Below, piece after piece: positions 1-14,331 of a stretch of DNA of 64,000 nucleotides. This stretch comes from Phoronis australis. Lineage: Eukaryota > Animalia > Phoronida. The stretch spans positions 70,254 through 134,253 of the forward strand of contig NMRA01000179.1 in NCBI GenBank assembly GCA_002633005.1, in the 5' to 3' direction. Positions within the stretch are counted from its first letter, which is position 1. Each line of letters starts with the position of its first letter. Both the position numbers and the translations under genes were made by a program. The notes below the pieces were generated by a model. It saw only the letters and a program-made list of their open reading frames with translations. It did no database searches and was not told the DNA's origin.

Positions 1-319
1 CACTGCGTCATAAACATTAGGCATTCAAAAGTGAAAAGCGTTGGAAGTCAGTCTTGGATTTTGAGGCGATCGTGGGTGTTTACTCATCATTAAAGGATAC
101 AGTATTATGCTGTGTCTTATTTCTTCTTCGTTTCTCTAGAAGCTCTCATACAGTTGTCATGTTCATCTGGTTAAATACACATTCTGGCAATGTTGAGAGT
201 TACTTTTGAATAGCTATGCGGCAGTTGCCTTGAAAGTAGTTTTTTGTTTCATACTGCGTCATAACATTTGTTTACAAACAGAAAAAATGTGCTCTATTTG
301 TTAATTTTATGTTTTAAAG

Positions 320-400
320 GCGCGGAACATCAAGAATAAACCTGTGGTTAACAGAGATGTGCTGTCTTTAAGGTTTGAAGAAATGCAGACTGAAATAAAG
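320..400 (+). CDS. KIF27: KIF27 exon: motor end/neck linker [27 protein letters not shown]
   Basis: AG at 318-319, GT at 401; kinesin neck motif. Confidence 0.92.
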
Positions 401-3400
401 GTAAAATCATGATTGCCCATAATTTGTTTTGTTTTGTCATTGTTTAACACATAACCAAGGAATTGTCAAACGGTCAACAGGTGAATGCAGTGAAGCTAAA
501 TATGATCTGACAAAGTTACCCAGAATTCCCCATTGTAATGTCTGAATGCATTTGGAACTCAATATCAGAGTCACTAGAATGAAGGGGTCAAGTGGATTTT
601 TTCTGATTATTGTACTGTTAAAAATACGCTTATCTGCTACAAAAATCCATTTTTGAGAATGTACCCATTTATTCTAGAGCCCTATGTTAATGACATCTTA
701 TGGTAGTTCCTAGATGACCTAGATTTCTCATGACTTTCAAAATTTAATTTTGATGAAACTAAAATTGTTATTTAGGCACTTCGTGAGGAGTTGCAGCGCC
801 AGCGTACCTCTGTGTTAACAGCTGGTGGTTCAGAGGTGGACATGGAGCGAGCTGTGATGGAGGCTGGTCAGATAAAGACACTGGAAGATCAAGTGATCAA
901 GTAAGAGTTTATAGTTATTGGAATATTAATAGCATTCAGATCTGTATTGTGTGTCCTTGCCTCAAAGAAGGGCTATTTTATGTAGTGTTATTCAGGGCTT
1001 GCAATTTTCCTTTTTTAAGAGGATTTTCTCATTTTTGGTTTCGATTTCCTGTTATATGATTCCCAGTTTCCTCTTTTTTGTCTACGTTTGTGTCATTATT
1101 TTGACTTTTTTCATGCAAAAAAAATGTTTCTTGCAGTTAAATTACAAAATAACATTTTTATATATTTGTAGAACAGTATGACTAAATTTGTCACCTGGAA
1201 ATTTTTTCTTTTTTGCCATTGGTCTCGATTACTATTCAGTAAGCGATGTGATTGTATGGTTGTTTAAATTTTGTTTTGCATCAGCCAAAAACAATTTTTG
1301 ATAATGTTGCTGAAGAAACTGGATAATATTGAATAAACGCTTTGCACATTTTTACTTTTACCCTTTATTTTTTGTTGTGAAAGTATTTACTTGTTATTGC
1401 AATTGGCATGTTGGACTAGTTAAAGTAAAATAATTATTTTTATGGTTGACAAATGCATATTTGAGACTATTGATGAATATGATAAGGTTTTGAAGTTTTA
1501 GCTATAAAACAAAATTATGTAACTTGTGTTTTGTGATTTTTTCGATTTGCCAACTGTCACCCTGCTCACCATTGTCTGCCAGATATTTGCTGAAATTGAG
1601 GATGGTAGCTATATGCTTAAAATACTCCGACTGTCTCTCATGGAGTTGTGTTTAGTTCAGTAAGCAGAACATTTGAGGGCGAGTGCCAAGGTTACGGGCT
1701 CGAACCAGTGCTTGGGTTAATTTCAGTACATGTTTTTCTCACCAATAATGTCACTTTAAAGCAGTGCTCCTGTGTCCAATGCAAGTCCCGCTCAGTAGAT
1801 ACCACAGTAACAAACAGTAAAAACGTACATGAGTTGTTAATTTTTAGACTTCAGACGGAATGCTCCCATTACAAAATGGTGGCAGAAGAGGCGTATACCC
1901 AGCTGACGGAGATCCAGGGGCGCGACATGTTGTCCAAAAGTCAGAGGTTTCGTCTTCAAGATTGGCTGGATTTGATGGAGGAGGTCTGAACGTTGTTGGA
2001 CATACCACATTGGAGAAACTCATTGTCACTTTTCATTCACAAGTTTGCGTGTTTTTATTATTGTGCTGTTATTTGTTGATAAGGTTATGGGCACAGAATG
2101 TTTCAACTGTTACTTTTATTTCAAGGTATGAAATCAGTGTATGTGCTGATGGTGTTCTTAAGTTACATGGTAGCACGGAGTTCACTGGTTGTTTTCTCAA
2201 CAACATTCAGTTACGACTTTCTTGTATCTTATTTTTTTCAAGTTTGCAATTTTGACATTGTCTTGAGGTCACAGCTCCTGCAAGTGACTGACTCCATTCT
2301 GTCTAACTGATTAGGAAAACCAACTTCTCATCAGGCAACCATAGTTTCGTTTTTGAAAATGTTCAAGTCTTGAAGGAAGGCGTGTCTCTTGGATTTGACT
2401 TGTTATTGTTCATTTCAGCTAAAGAACAAAGTCCCCAAAACTTTGAGTCGAGATCAGTGGGAGAATGAGACGGTGTTAAACTTGAAGAATGAATTGAGAA
2501 AGGTTTGTCTGGTGTTTCTTAACACTGCTTGGTTGGCTCTTGGTCACATTTCTGAGACTATTGATCAATTAGAGACACATTTATAATTTACAGAGCCGAT
2601 TGATTCACCTAGAGAAAACTCAATATTTGTCTTGAATGTGTGGATTGTATAATAACCATTTTTAGACTTTCTGTTGTCAAGTGGAAATGTGGCTTGATAT
2701 CCGCATGATTATATCACATACCTGGATGAAAATTGGCTTGTTTTTGTGGACGTAAATTCATCTAGGATAGCAGCACTTTTTCATGTTCAAAACTGGATAT
2801 ATTACTTGGAAAATGTTAAAGAGTTTGTCTTGAAGTTCAGTACGTAATAGATTGTGTTAAATTTGTATTTTCAGGCTCACAATGATTTGAAAAATGATGA
2901 GGAAATCTTTGCAGAGAAGTCCGGTGAGATAGAGCAACTGAATGCAGAATGTGAAAGACTGGTAAAGTACCACGTAGTTCTGTTGTGGATTTTAAAACTT
3001 AACTTTGTTTCTGAATTTGGTAAATTTGGTATCGTAGCATGTGGTGCAGTTGAAATTTGTGACTCATGAATTAGATGTGGGCGGGTGTTTTGTGCCATGC
3101 AATTGGAGATTGTCAAATGAATTTTGTTGAAACTACTGTATGACGTAACTCTGTGCTTTACAACGGGTCTAAAGAAATTAAATCTGACAAAAGGAGCACA
3201 TAGCACAACATTACGTTCCATGCATGTTAACACAGCTACCATCGTACAGCTTTATTTCTTTCATGATCAGTGCTAACTAATAGGTTTGGAATTATTTATG
3301 CCAGAACACTTACTTTGTTGAGATTTAGACTGATGAAGGATTACTGGGATACATGAGATGTATAGGGAGATTTCTGCTTTGTGGAAAATGCCTCCTTTTG

Positions 3401-6400
3401 GCATTTGAACCCTTGAGGGGAGGTAACTCAAATTATTTAGCACTTATCAAGTGATAATCAATCATTGATAAGAATGTTAATAACCTATTTTCAGCAAGCA
3501 GAGAATGAAGAGTATGCAAGACACTTGGAGTCTGCCATGGAAAAGGCCAGACAACAGGAGGGGGCGCTACTGAACCAGCAGATGTTAATGGCTGACATGG
3601 AGCAGCGTCTCAAGGTTTGCAGAGACCCTTAGTGTGTGTTCTCATTTTGGGACTGATCAGTTCAGTTTTCTTCTGTTACGTGATTGGTCATGAATATTTG
3701 TGGCATAAAGTGGTTTTGTGAGAACAATGTTAGAAATCAAATTTACACTTTTGATGCATGTAATGTTACTTTTAAAAGTACACCAAACCCGCTTTTGGCC
3801 TATTGACAAAAATTAAAAACGACTTTCCCACCCAGTTCTCTGAAACAAAGTAATGCTCTGTGACCCTCTACAACCCTCAAAAGTTTGGAGGAAAAATTGA
3901 AAAGTCCTTTCAAGGTCTACTAAATGGGCAAGCGTGACCTACGCCTTTTGGAATTACACGGCAACTGTAAAGAAAGACCACCCACCAAGGTCTATAATGT
4001 CCAATCTGTGACATAGGGAGTATTTAGTTTTAGGTGATTCATGCGTTTAGCTTCAAGTTGAAAGACTGATGCCAATGATGCATTAGCAAGTGACCGAATG
4101 AGAATGGGTTGAAATCATCAAAACAGGGTTTAGTAACCTTTTAGTAGTTATTAAAAAATAACTTAACTATGAATCCCTAATAGTGTATAACCCTACTGAT
4201 ACCAAACTTTGCTATGTGTCATTTCACACCTGTTTGAGTTTATGGACTTTTTGTTATTTCTTTTCTCATTATTTTTGCACTGATTTTCTTCATAGATTTT
4301 CTCTTTGACGACTTGAGATGTGTGCTACTACTCTGCAGTGTCACAAATGCAGCTGTACTCTAGACTTAAGAATTTTATTCGACTTGATGATTTCTTTCTG
4401 TTTTTTTTTATTGGTAATAATTCCAAAATTTTTCTCAATGATGACATGTGTAACTCAGAAATTACTAGAAGGTATTAAATCTGGGCTTGACTAGTATACC
4501 CTTTATTTGAATTATCAAGAATTTCACAATTTTGATATTTTAGGAGATGTCATCAAAGCCAGCCACAAGGAGCAGTTTTGACAGTAACTCATCCACTCCT
4601 GGTACATCGAGGAGGGCCATGTCTGTACCTGTGCACAGTCAGAAAAGACCCCCAAGCCAGGTAGGTGCAACAGAAGCATTGTCCAAACATTCAGAATTAA
4701 CAAAATTTAGTGAAAAGTCAATTGGCTTTGTCATAATTTTCTTTATAAAAAGTTAGAAGAAATTACTAGAAAAAAATGTTCCTTAAGCAACAGAGAATCA
4801 GTCACATTTTCACCCTGAAATTTTGCTTATTTGATGGATTTAATGTCATCTTTGGGGTTCCATTAAGTGCATTTCTAAGCCACATTGGTGTCACATGAAG
4901 GATTCAGTGTGCTCTATGGTTTCACACTCAGTTGTTTTCTGGATAAAGTATCAGATTTGCATACCTTGTATGTGTGTGGTTGTGAATTAAGTAATGTATC
5001 CAAGAGGGGGGGTCTTTGTTAAGTAACACTGCTCTGACATGTCTTTCAAGACGGCTGTAGTTGATGGTATGGGTGTATTGTCTGTGCCCAGTACTAACTG
5101 TGCTGTGAAGGGTCATAATGCCTAAAAAATTACCCACTTTCAAACCAAAAGCCGGTTTTAAACTTTGAACTTTCACAAAATTTACCGAAATGTCATCTTG
5201 TTGATAATGGACAAAAATTTGCAGTAAGGATATTGAATCTGCTATTAAAAATAAAATTGTCTTGTGGATTGCTTTTAAATTCCTTCCAAGAATTTCGTGC
5301 CACCAGACAAGAATTAAGAAGTTAACTATTTTGTAAATTTTTGTAGCCTATGAGATTCTACATTGTGCTTTTGTTGGCATTCTCAATTATTTACCTTTTC
5401 CATTTCTTCACAATCTTATCCTAACTTCAAAAGACTTGGACATCGCAATGATTTCGTTAAACAGTTAATTTGGAAAATGCTTTAAAAATCACATTTGATG
5501 GCGATAATCAAGAGTCTAAGATACCCCCAGGACCGGAGCCTGTGTTACCTAAAATTGTAGGTACGGACATTGGCAGAAAACTATGGTGTATGCTTTGATT
5601 TCAAATTGTGAATATTTTATTATTATGTACAAAGATAACAACTTAACTATCCGAATATGTTTACCAGGGACAGATGTTCACTTTTCTTGTAATGTATGAA
5701 GACAGGCTCAACAATGCTGAGTCCAGGTCGTCATGCACTTTGAAATTTGTGCCTCTCTGCTGTTTTTGTAAGAATGCGCTCAAAGTTGAAGCCTGCCTAA
5801 CTGTGCAATTACCCCCCAGGGTGCTGGTTTTCGTCCTATGTCCAGAAATGTTCATACTAGTCCCGCCCTCTTCTCCATGGAGCGCGTGATGCAGGGGTTC
5901 CGTGCCAGAAGTCAGCTGCTTGTAAATCGCCTTGACGATGATGACGAAGTCATTCATCACAACTTCAGTAGTGATGATGATGATGATGATGGTGACACCA
6001 GCAGCAGTACAAAGGTGGCTAGTAACAGGTCATCATCTGCCAAATCCAGGTATTAAAGTTTGTCATTTAAAATTTGATAATCTTTGGGGTTTATTACTCT
6101 GCGCATGCAAGCGCAGAGTACTGTTGTTCCTGGATTTTCTTCAATTTTATTCTTATTCTTATTACTCTGCGCGTGCAAGCGCAGAGTACTGTTGTTCCTG
6201 GGTTTTCTTCAGTTTTATTCTTCTTATTCTTATTCTTCTTCCGACCAACTTTGACACTTAATAACTCCAAAATGGTTGGAGGTATGTTAACATATGATTT
6301 TAGGCAGTATATAAATTTTGATTCATTTTATATTCATATTCCAAAATGCACTGGAAAAGGTCATTTGGTGCAAAGGACATGTAATTTTTAAAATGCTACT

Positions 6401-9400
6401 CCTTCTTTATTTTAAAAGCTATTCTTTTCAAATTCGGTACACAGGTATAAGTCAATAAGGCAATTTAAAAATTTACTTTTCTAAGTAATCGGGTCATCCA
6501 ATCACGTGTAACAGGTCAAAGGTCATTAGGTGCAAACTAAGATTTTGAGCTAGACACTTCAAATTCACAGGTCTAATTGGCAAAGGTAATTCAATTTGAA
6601 ATCCAAAGTTTCAGGTCCTTTAGTGCAAACATGGGGTCATTAGGTGCATTTTTCTTCTGAAATTTGACCTATTCATTCACCAAGTATTCTCATGTGTCAA
6701 CCATTAGACAACAGTGATTCGCAGCATTAAACACATTTTTCATGGGCTTTGCAATAATTCTCCTGAAGACACTTATAATGCACTGGATAGGGTCAATTAG
6801 TGCATAGGTCATCTAATGTTGAAAATGTTATATCTTACGTTTTTCAATTCTTTTCAATTTTAGCACACTGGTGTAAGCCAACATGGCAATTGAACACCCT
6901 ACTTTACTACGCAATAGGCCTAACAAATCAGAAAAAATAGGTCAAAGGTCATTGAGTGCAAACTAAAATCTTGAGCTAGAGACTTCAAAATTACATATCT
7001 GTTTACTAAATACGATTGAGTTTGAATTGTAAAGTTTGACCAATTCATTCATCTTGTATTCTGAAGTGCTTAAAGTAAAACATCTGTGATTCTTAGCATT
7101 AACCATCGGGGCTCATAATGCACCGGAAGAGGTCAATTAGTGGAAAGGTCATGAAAATATTAACATGTAATTTCTACTGCAATTTTAAAGAATTCATTTT
7201 CATTGGTAAACGGGTTGCTGTCAGTAACTCCCCAAAACAATCCCAGTAATACGCACATGCATAGTCCAACGTGACAATAATCTTTCTAGTTCTAAAATCA
7301 TATTTTTATTCTGAAAAAGCCACAGGCAATTGTTGCCTCAATCAGATTTCTGAAATTGCAGACACTGCATTTTGTTACTAAACGCCACAGACATGAAAAT
7401 TTTCACATGAAACTTTTAAATATGTTTCCTCCATTATATTAGCCTTAAAAGCGTGTCTGGGACTTTTTATTAAAGCCGTATTAACGCGAGAACTCTATTG
7501 TCAAATTGAGGACATTCCATGAAAAATTGAATGTTTTTTGCCTTTGTTAAGAGTCAGTTAATGTCTTAGACTTAAGGACCTTAAGTACTTCCAGGCACAC
7601 TATAAAAAGAAACAGAATTTGCAATGTGTGAAAGATTCATATGTGGAAGTAAGCGATATCCATGACAAATCATGGATTTTTAAGTGAAAACTCTCATTTC
7701 TTGAATTTACGATCAAATCCATGAAAAATCATGATGGTTTTTCAGAAAAAGTCACCTAATTAGGAATGGCTGGGCATTATTTATGCACATTGTGAGATTC
7801 TGTAATTCTTAAGAATTTTTCAAAATGAATAGTTTCATGTGTTTAAAGTTATGAATTTGATCCTTTTTAACTAAGGTTGTCAGTTACTTTAAAGTTTCAG
7901 TTTGACTGTTCAGCAGCAAAATTGCCACTGTATAGTAAACTCTTGTTTAAATAGGATGAAAGCCTTAATTTTTCCCTTGGCAATAAAATTATCTTGTTAT
8001 GCAAGCTGAAGGTAAAAGTGATAAAAAATGCGTTTTGAATCTTCAAAACTCAGTGTTCCCTTGAGTCTGCATTATTGCAGCAGTTAATGCAACCCAACTA
8101 AACAGATGATTGGTGTCTATATGAGGCCATCATATTTGATGTAATTAATAAGCTAAATTTAAGAAGGATCATACTGTACTGTTTTTCCATAGATTAAGAT
8201 ACACGTATCACTTGTTTAGTAAAAACTGCAACCATATTCTTGATAAATTAGAGATTGAGTTCTCACGGAACCCCAAATAATTTGGAAGGTGTGTCCACTG
8301 AACTTATAAGTGTTTTGAAAAATTGTGGAGCCAGTACTGAGTCATTTTTCATGAACTGGGTAATGATCGTGATAAAAACTGTTTGGAGAAAGAATGAAAT
8401 GTTCAAAATAAATCAAATTAGTGCAGTCACCTCCGATAAATAATTTTTTTGTAATGCTGTTTATGTACAAGATTTTCATAATCCAATAATTTATCGCATG
8501 TAGCGCTAATTTATTATGATACATTTTATTGTAATCTGGTGTCTTAATTTCATTTTAAGCTCCACAAAGACCAAATTAAAGGGAACTTTTACCATAGATG
8601 ATGCCGACAAAGTCAGGAAAAAGTTAACGAGCAAGAAAACCACAACCTCCAATAAAAAGCCCAGTGCGCTACCACTGGGCAAAACAATGGTGAAAGGTTT
8701 GTTTTTTGTTATTTCTGATTAACTTCTTGTTCATTATCGCACATGTCTGTGTCTGATGTTACATTCTAAACATTTTTAGCGAGGAAAAGTTTTTACAGAC
8801 TCAGTAATTTGTTTGATGTTTGCATTAGATCTGTACAGCATTTGATCACAGACATTGCATTATGGGACTTTTGTGTATTGCTGCCTTTGTGATCGCACTA
8901 CTTAAGTTATTTACGTGACCTGTGTCTGTGGCCAAAATGATGCAGAAATTTGATAAAAGTTAGGAACGTTAGAAAATATGCCTATGCTGCTTAAATTGGG
9001 AAATTCAGAAATCAGGGGTGGGTTGAGTCGAGCAAGAGCGGTTGAAAACCAAATGTTTGAGAAGTTAGGAATGGATGTTTCCCAATGATCAATGTGATCA
9101 CGCACACATGCTGTCAACATTTTTGCACTCAAAAACGATAATATTTGAATGCCTATCAGTCTCAGTTGAACATGCATGAGCCTAAAGAGCCATTTCACAT
9201 CTTCTTTTAAAGAGTGGGTCCTGGTGTTTTCTCGCTTCAGAAACTGACTAATTGTTAATCAAAAAGAAACTAAATGCGTACGTTTTGGGAGCTGCAAACT
9301 CTGTTGATATAGGTGTTCATGAACACACTGACATTTTTAAAGACATCTTGATCACATAATTTGTTATTGGGTCTTAAGATGAGCATGGGCATGAACATTT

Positions 9401-12400
9401 TTGAAATTTCAGAGGGTGCATGAACCCAAACGTAGTCGTTAATAGGTATAAACAGATGCGGTGGAGAATTTGATGATATTTAACCTTATGTCCTGAGGCA
9501 ATACACTAGTTTATAAGCTACTGTTTTCAAAATCTCAAAGACAAATTAAGTCAAGTTGTGTCAACAACTAAAAGATGCAATTTTGTTTGGAAGATATTTA
9601 GCGTCAGATGAATTTTTTTGGTGCGCCATTTTACCTCTTTTTCAGGAGGTCTGACTTTTTAGCTAGCCTTTGACTTTTCTGTCCTGTAACATTGTTTCTG
9701 ACTAGTAAGCGATATGTGTTAGTGGAGACTAGTCACATGACCAACCATTACCCCATCTCTTGGCAGGTAAAGCTGAAAATGGTAGCAAAGATTCCAACAC
9801 AGTTAAGTTTGCTGATGACACCCAGAACGTTCACTTCGAGGTGGACAGGCTCAAGTCAAGCATTGATGTCCAGAACAAACGTATCAAAGAGTCTCAGTTG
9901 AACATGCAGGAGTCTAACCAGAAGATGAGGGATCTGAGTATCAATATCAAGTCAGTATTCGTATTTGATCAGTAGAGGAGTACTACTGTTTTGAACAAAA
10001 GTTGACAAATTTTGTCAAAATTCGTCTGACTTCGTAAAAGTTATGTCGAAATCCCAGAATGAAAGCAGGAAAAAATTGCACGTTGCCTAAATCCTTTTAA
10101 AATTTTCTGGGAAGTTGTTGCTTTGAAATGCCGCTGATTATCTATGAGAAGAAATATCGTCATCTGTTTTGAAAACTAACAGTAACTGTGACAGCTGTGG
10201 TTTCAAAGTATGCTGGACCTATTTTGCCAAATCTACGTCAAACTCTACCCACAACTTTCATGCTCTTCATGTCACAATTACTGAGTAATCAGACAAGTGT
10301 TGTTGGTGTAAAGTAGCACAGTTGTCAGATTAAAGTCTGGCACAGCGCTAATCAAGTCAAACTAAAGTCACACACTTCAAACTGGAATAAATCAAGTTAA
10401 CAGCGTTGAATCTTCTCTTTGAACTTCATTCAAAACATTCCTTTATCAGGTAATCAGGAGTACTAATAGATTTTTCATTAACAAAAACAAACGATTTGGC
10501 ATCAAAACTTGATACAGACCAAAACAATGTAATTCAGAGATGGGGCCGCAAAGGTTTTAATTTCAAAATGAGTTAGAGTAAGTGGATTGACAAAATTTCA
10601 GTAAAAACCAGTCGTAAATGGTCAGGGTGCAATGTTTCTCATTGACAAATGAATGTTCTTTTTGCATTCTTAAATTGCTTTCTGCTCGGTAAATGATGGA
10701 CACTGTCTGAAAAGGGAGGGGACTCATATTAACAAAGAGTACACTCAATCATTGCTGAGCGTGAAATGTATACCCTTCGTGTTGACCATGACAAGACCAT
10801 TTTGTTAGAGGACAAAATGTTTACAGCCATTCACTATTAAGACGTTAAATTTTTCAGTTGTTACGCACACATTTATAGCCACGTTAACTATTATTTTTTT
10901 GTAAATTACTGGAAAGGACTGGGATGTGACTTGGATGATGGACAAAATAATTCATGCTAGTGAAGTTCTTGATCCAAACCTTTCTGGAATCTTACTGAAG
11001 TATTTTGCATGATGTTTTGTTGGTTCCTTCTGGAGATTGGTGACTAAACGACTTCAATCTGACTTCACTGTGTCTATTCATGTTAAGTTAGACTTCAGGT
11101 GGTGACGCAGTAGACTTTTTGTGAGATAAGACGCAAGGGGACTTTATCTTACTTTCCTTGACGTCTTGGTGCTTACCTGTTACTGCACGATAGGAATCCA
11201 CCTGAGGTTTGTGAGACCTCATGCTGATTTTCCACCTGCAGGGCTATAGACCTTATGTAGCAAGATGGTGATTTTGGCCTACTTCTCTTACCGAGTTCCT
11301 TCAAGTGGTCTATTTTGGTGGGTTATGATTCCCTGGTGGTAGGAGCCAGTTGGCTCTGCAATGTCAATTTTTCTGGAAACGTTTTGATTGACTTAGTATA
11401 CAGTGGTCTAAATACTTCAAATCCTGTATATTTGTGCAGAGAACCTGCTTTTGTTTACGTGGCTTCTATTTTGTTCCAACTATGTCGGTTCACGTTTTGC
11501 AGATTGAAAGAGCAACTCATCCGTGAACTTGTGAAAACTGGAAAAGAATCGGAGAAAATGAACCATCAGTATGCTGAGAAAGTTAAGGCGCTGAATAAGG
11601 TGACTATTGTACCGTTGAGGCTGCCACTAATAATTTTATTCATTTTAATTTCATAAATTGACATTTATTTATTACCAGCACTTGCACAGTGTTTGGTACA
11701 TACTGGATGTATACGATCTTATAGACTGATTACCTTGAATGATCTTGTGTTCAGTAACTGAAGGAAGCTGTGTATAAGTATACCCAATGTGATAAATCAT
11801 ATGATCATTCAGTGAAATATGTTTCTTCTGTGTTACTCAATATCTAATCGCTTTGCTGTAGCACACTCCAGTCTGAAGTTAGACAGCCACAGTGAAAGTA
11901 ATATCAGATTTGAAAGAATTAATAATGATTTTGTGCGACCTACTGATCACTAATTTCAAAAAACTCTGTAGACAGTAAGAGTGTAGTCATGTAGTTCCTT
12001 TTAAAAAGCTCTTTGTGTGATGCAGGAACAAGCATCCATCGATTAGAGTTCTGATTTTTGGATCTGATGTCTGAACTCACCTGAAATTTAAATAATCATG
12101 CCACTTGATTCCAGTTCACTCTAAGCATATCATGCGATTGGTCAATTTTTTAGTTGAATTTCAAGTACCTGCCAGTTGAACTTTTATTGAGAAAAATGAC
12201 TGCAGCCACTGTTCAGTTATTTTTATTTATTAACCTTACTTGAGCTGGTTGATGATGATTTTTGTGCTGGCAGGAAAAAGAAACAACTAGCAAGGAACTG
12301 CAGGAAGTTCAGAAGGCTTATCAAGATCTTCAGGTCAAAGGGCAGCAGGAAACAGCAGAGAAGAAACGTCTACAAAGGTATCATTGTTTTGATTTAAAAA

Positions 12401-14290
12401 ATTTTGAATGTGTATCAATCAAAGGTGCTGTGTTGTTTGAAAATCCTCAAGATAGGATTATTTAATGTTTAAGCTGTCAATGTGCAAAAGACTAGTATGA
12501 AAATCTTTGTTCTTTATTGTTCCTTTAATAGTATGTTGTTTTGTTTACAGACTGTTTGTTACATTTTCTTTTCATAATAGCTGCATGGGACATTTTATGT
12601 TTCACTGAATAGATGCTCAAAGTATTCTGTCTCTGCTTAGACTGACTTTAACTTGTTTTCCAGTGAGTTCCGAAAGAAAATTGAGGCAACCAAGGCAAAG
12701 CTAAACACTCTGCAAAAAAAGCAAAAAGACACTGAGAAAATGGCGAATATAACTACACAGACTGACAAGAAGTGAGTTGTTTACAAAATACAACCTCAGT
12801 TTACATTTAGTAGTTACATGTTGTTAGACAGTGATTTTTTCTTTTGCCAAAGATATAGAGCCAAAACGAAAAGTGTCCTTACATGAAGACACATAATAAT
12901 TGTGGTGGTTACGAACATTATGTTGTTAACCACATCATCTCATACGGTCAATGTAGAAACAATGTTCAGTTTAGGAACTTGCTATCTTGTTTTATCTATC
13001 AAGTGACTGGATTGAGGTTATTTAAGGCCCTAGAATAATGTTCAAAATTTTCCAACTTCAGAGCATTGTGTCTCAGAAATGGGTGATCTGGTGGTTCATG
13101 AAAGTTTCAGATACTGTGTTTTGCACACTGTTCTTCATAAGATGTTAGGAATGGTTTTCAAAATGTTCCACTTTTGTGTGAAAAGTTGGACTTTAATGGA
13201 TTTTGTGACAAAACTCAAAAGTTGTATAAAATGATAGTGAAATGATAAATTAGAATACTGTAACAGCGATTTTGAGATTTCATCTGAAACATTTATGTCA
13301 AACGAAATTTGATTGATACCGTTGTTTTGCTATTGATTTACCCTCTTTTTCCTAACTTTGTGACTAAAAGAAGCGTGGTCACATGACCCACTTAATATCA
13401 GATTTTGATAAAAAGTCAAAAATTAAATTCTACAAGCTTTCTACTTTTAAAAAATATAAAGTATACTTTTACTGGGTCAAAATATTTAATTTGTAGATTT
13501 TTGGCTAAATGACTAGTCAGTAAAGTCTTGCATAACCTTAATTATAAGGATACTGTGACAGTTGTCTCTTGTTTAATGTTGTCAGTAAAGTCTTGCATAA
13601 CCTTAATTATAAGGATACTGTGACAGTTGTCTCTTGTTTAATGTTGTCAGTAAAGTCTTGCATAACCTTAATTATAAGGATACTGTGACAGTTGTCTCTT
13701 GTTTAATGTTGTCTATAAATAATAGTGGTCATAGCTATTTAATTTATAATTTTGTTATATTGATTCATGAATATTTATAATTGATCCGGGAGACATTCGC
13801 CTCAGTCGAGCTGTTTATTGATTGTGGTGTAGAGATTCCAAGAGTATTTTTTTGCTGTGAGCCTCCTCGTAATTTGATTTATGTTTTGTAGAATTCAAGA
13901 GTTGGAGCAGGCTGTTGACAGAATGAAGAACCAGCATAATCTACTACAGAAGAAGGCTAAAGAGGAGAATGAGTTAAAGTCCAAGTTAGAGGTTAGCCTC
14001 AACTGTTGGAGGATCACAGTGTTTTGATGTCGTTAAATTTAAAGCGATCTTTCTTACTCACAAGCTGGGAGTGTAAAATGTAGTTTTGATTAGACCACTC
14101 ACAGTTCTTAAGGCAGTTGAAACACTTTAGTGGCTGAACTATTAATATTGAGTGTCTGTGTTACTAGTCAGCTGTGAGTCATTAGGTGCGCTATACCATC
14201 CCCTGATGCAATGTTTTTTACACGATATGGTAACAAATTGTACAAGTCACTTGAGGCCCCAGGAGTGAGTGAGTGTGCACGCGTGCGTGC

Positions 14291-14331
<41 letters not shown>

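Noticed and set aside
1651-1716. tRNA gene (also 40375-40440 on the minus strand)
   Set aside because: Only degenerate A/B-box-like motifs and no cloverleaf; at most old SINE heads.
13516-13713. CRISPR-like array (also 21944-22200, 53341-53442, 53644-53821)
   Set aside because: Head-to-tail tandem repeats without unique spacers, in eukaryotic DNA, with no cas genes.
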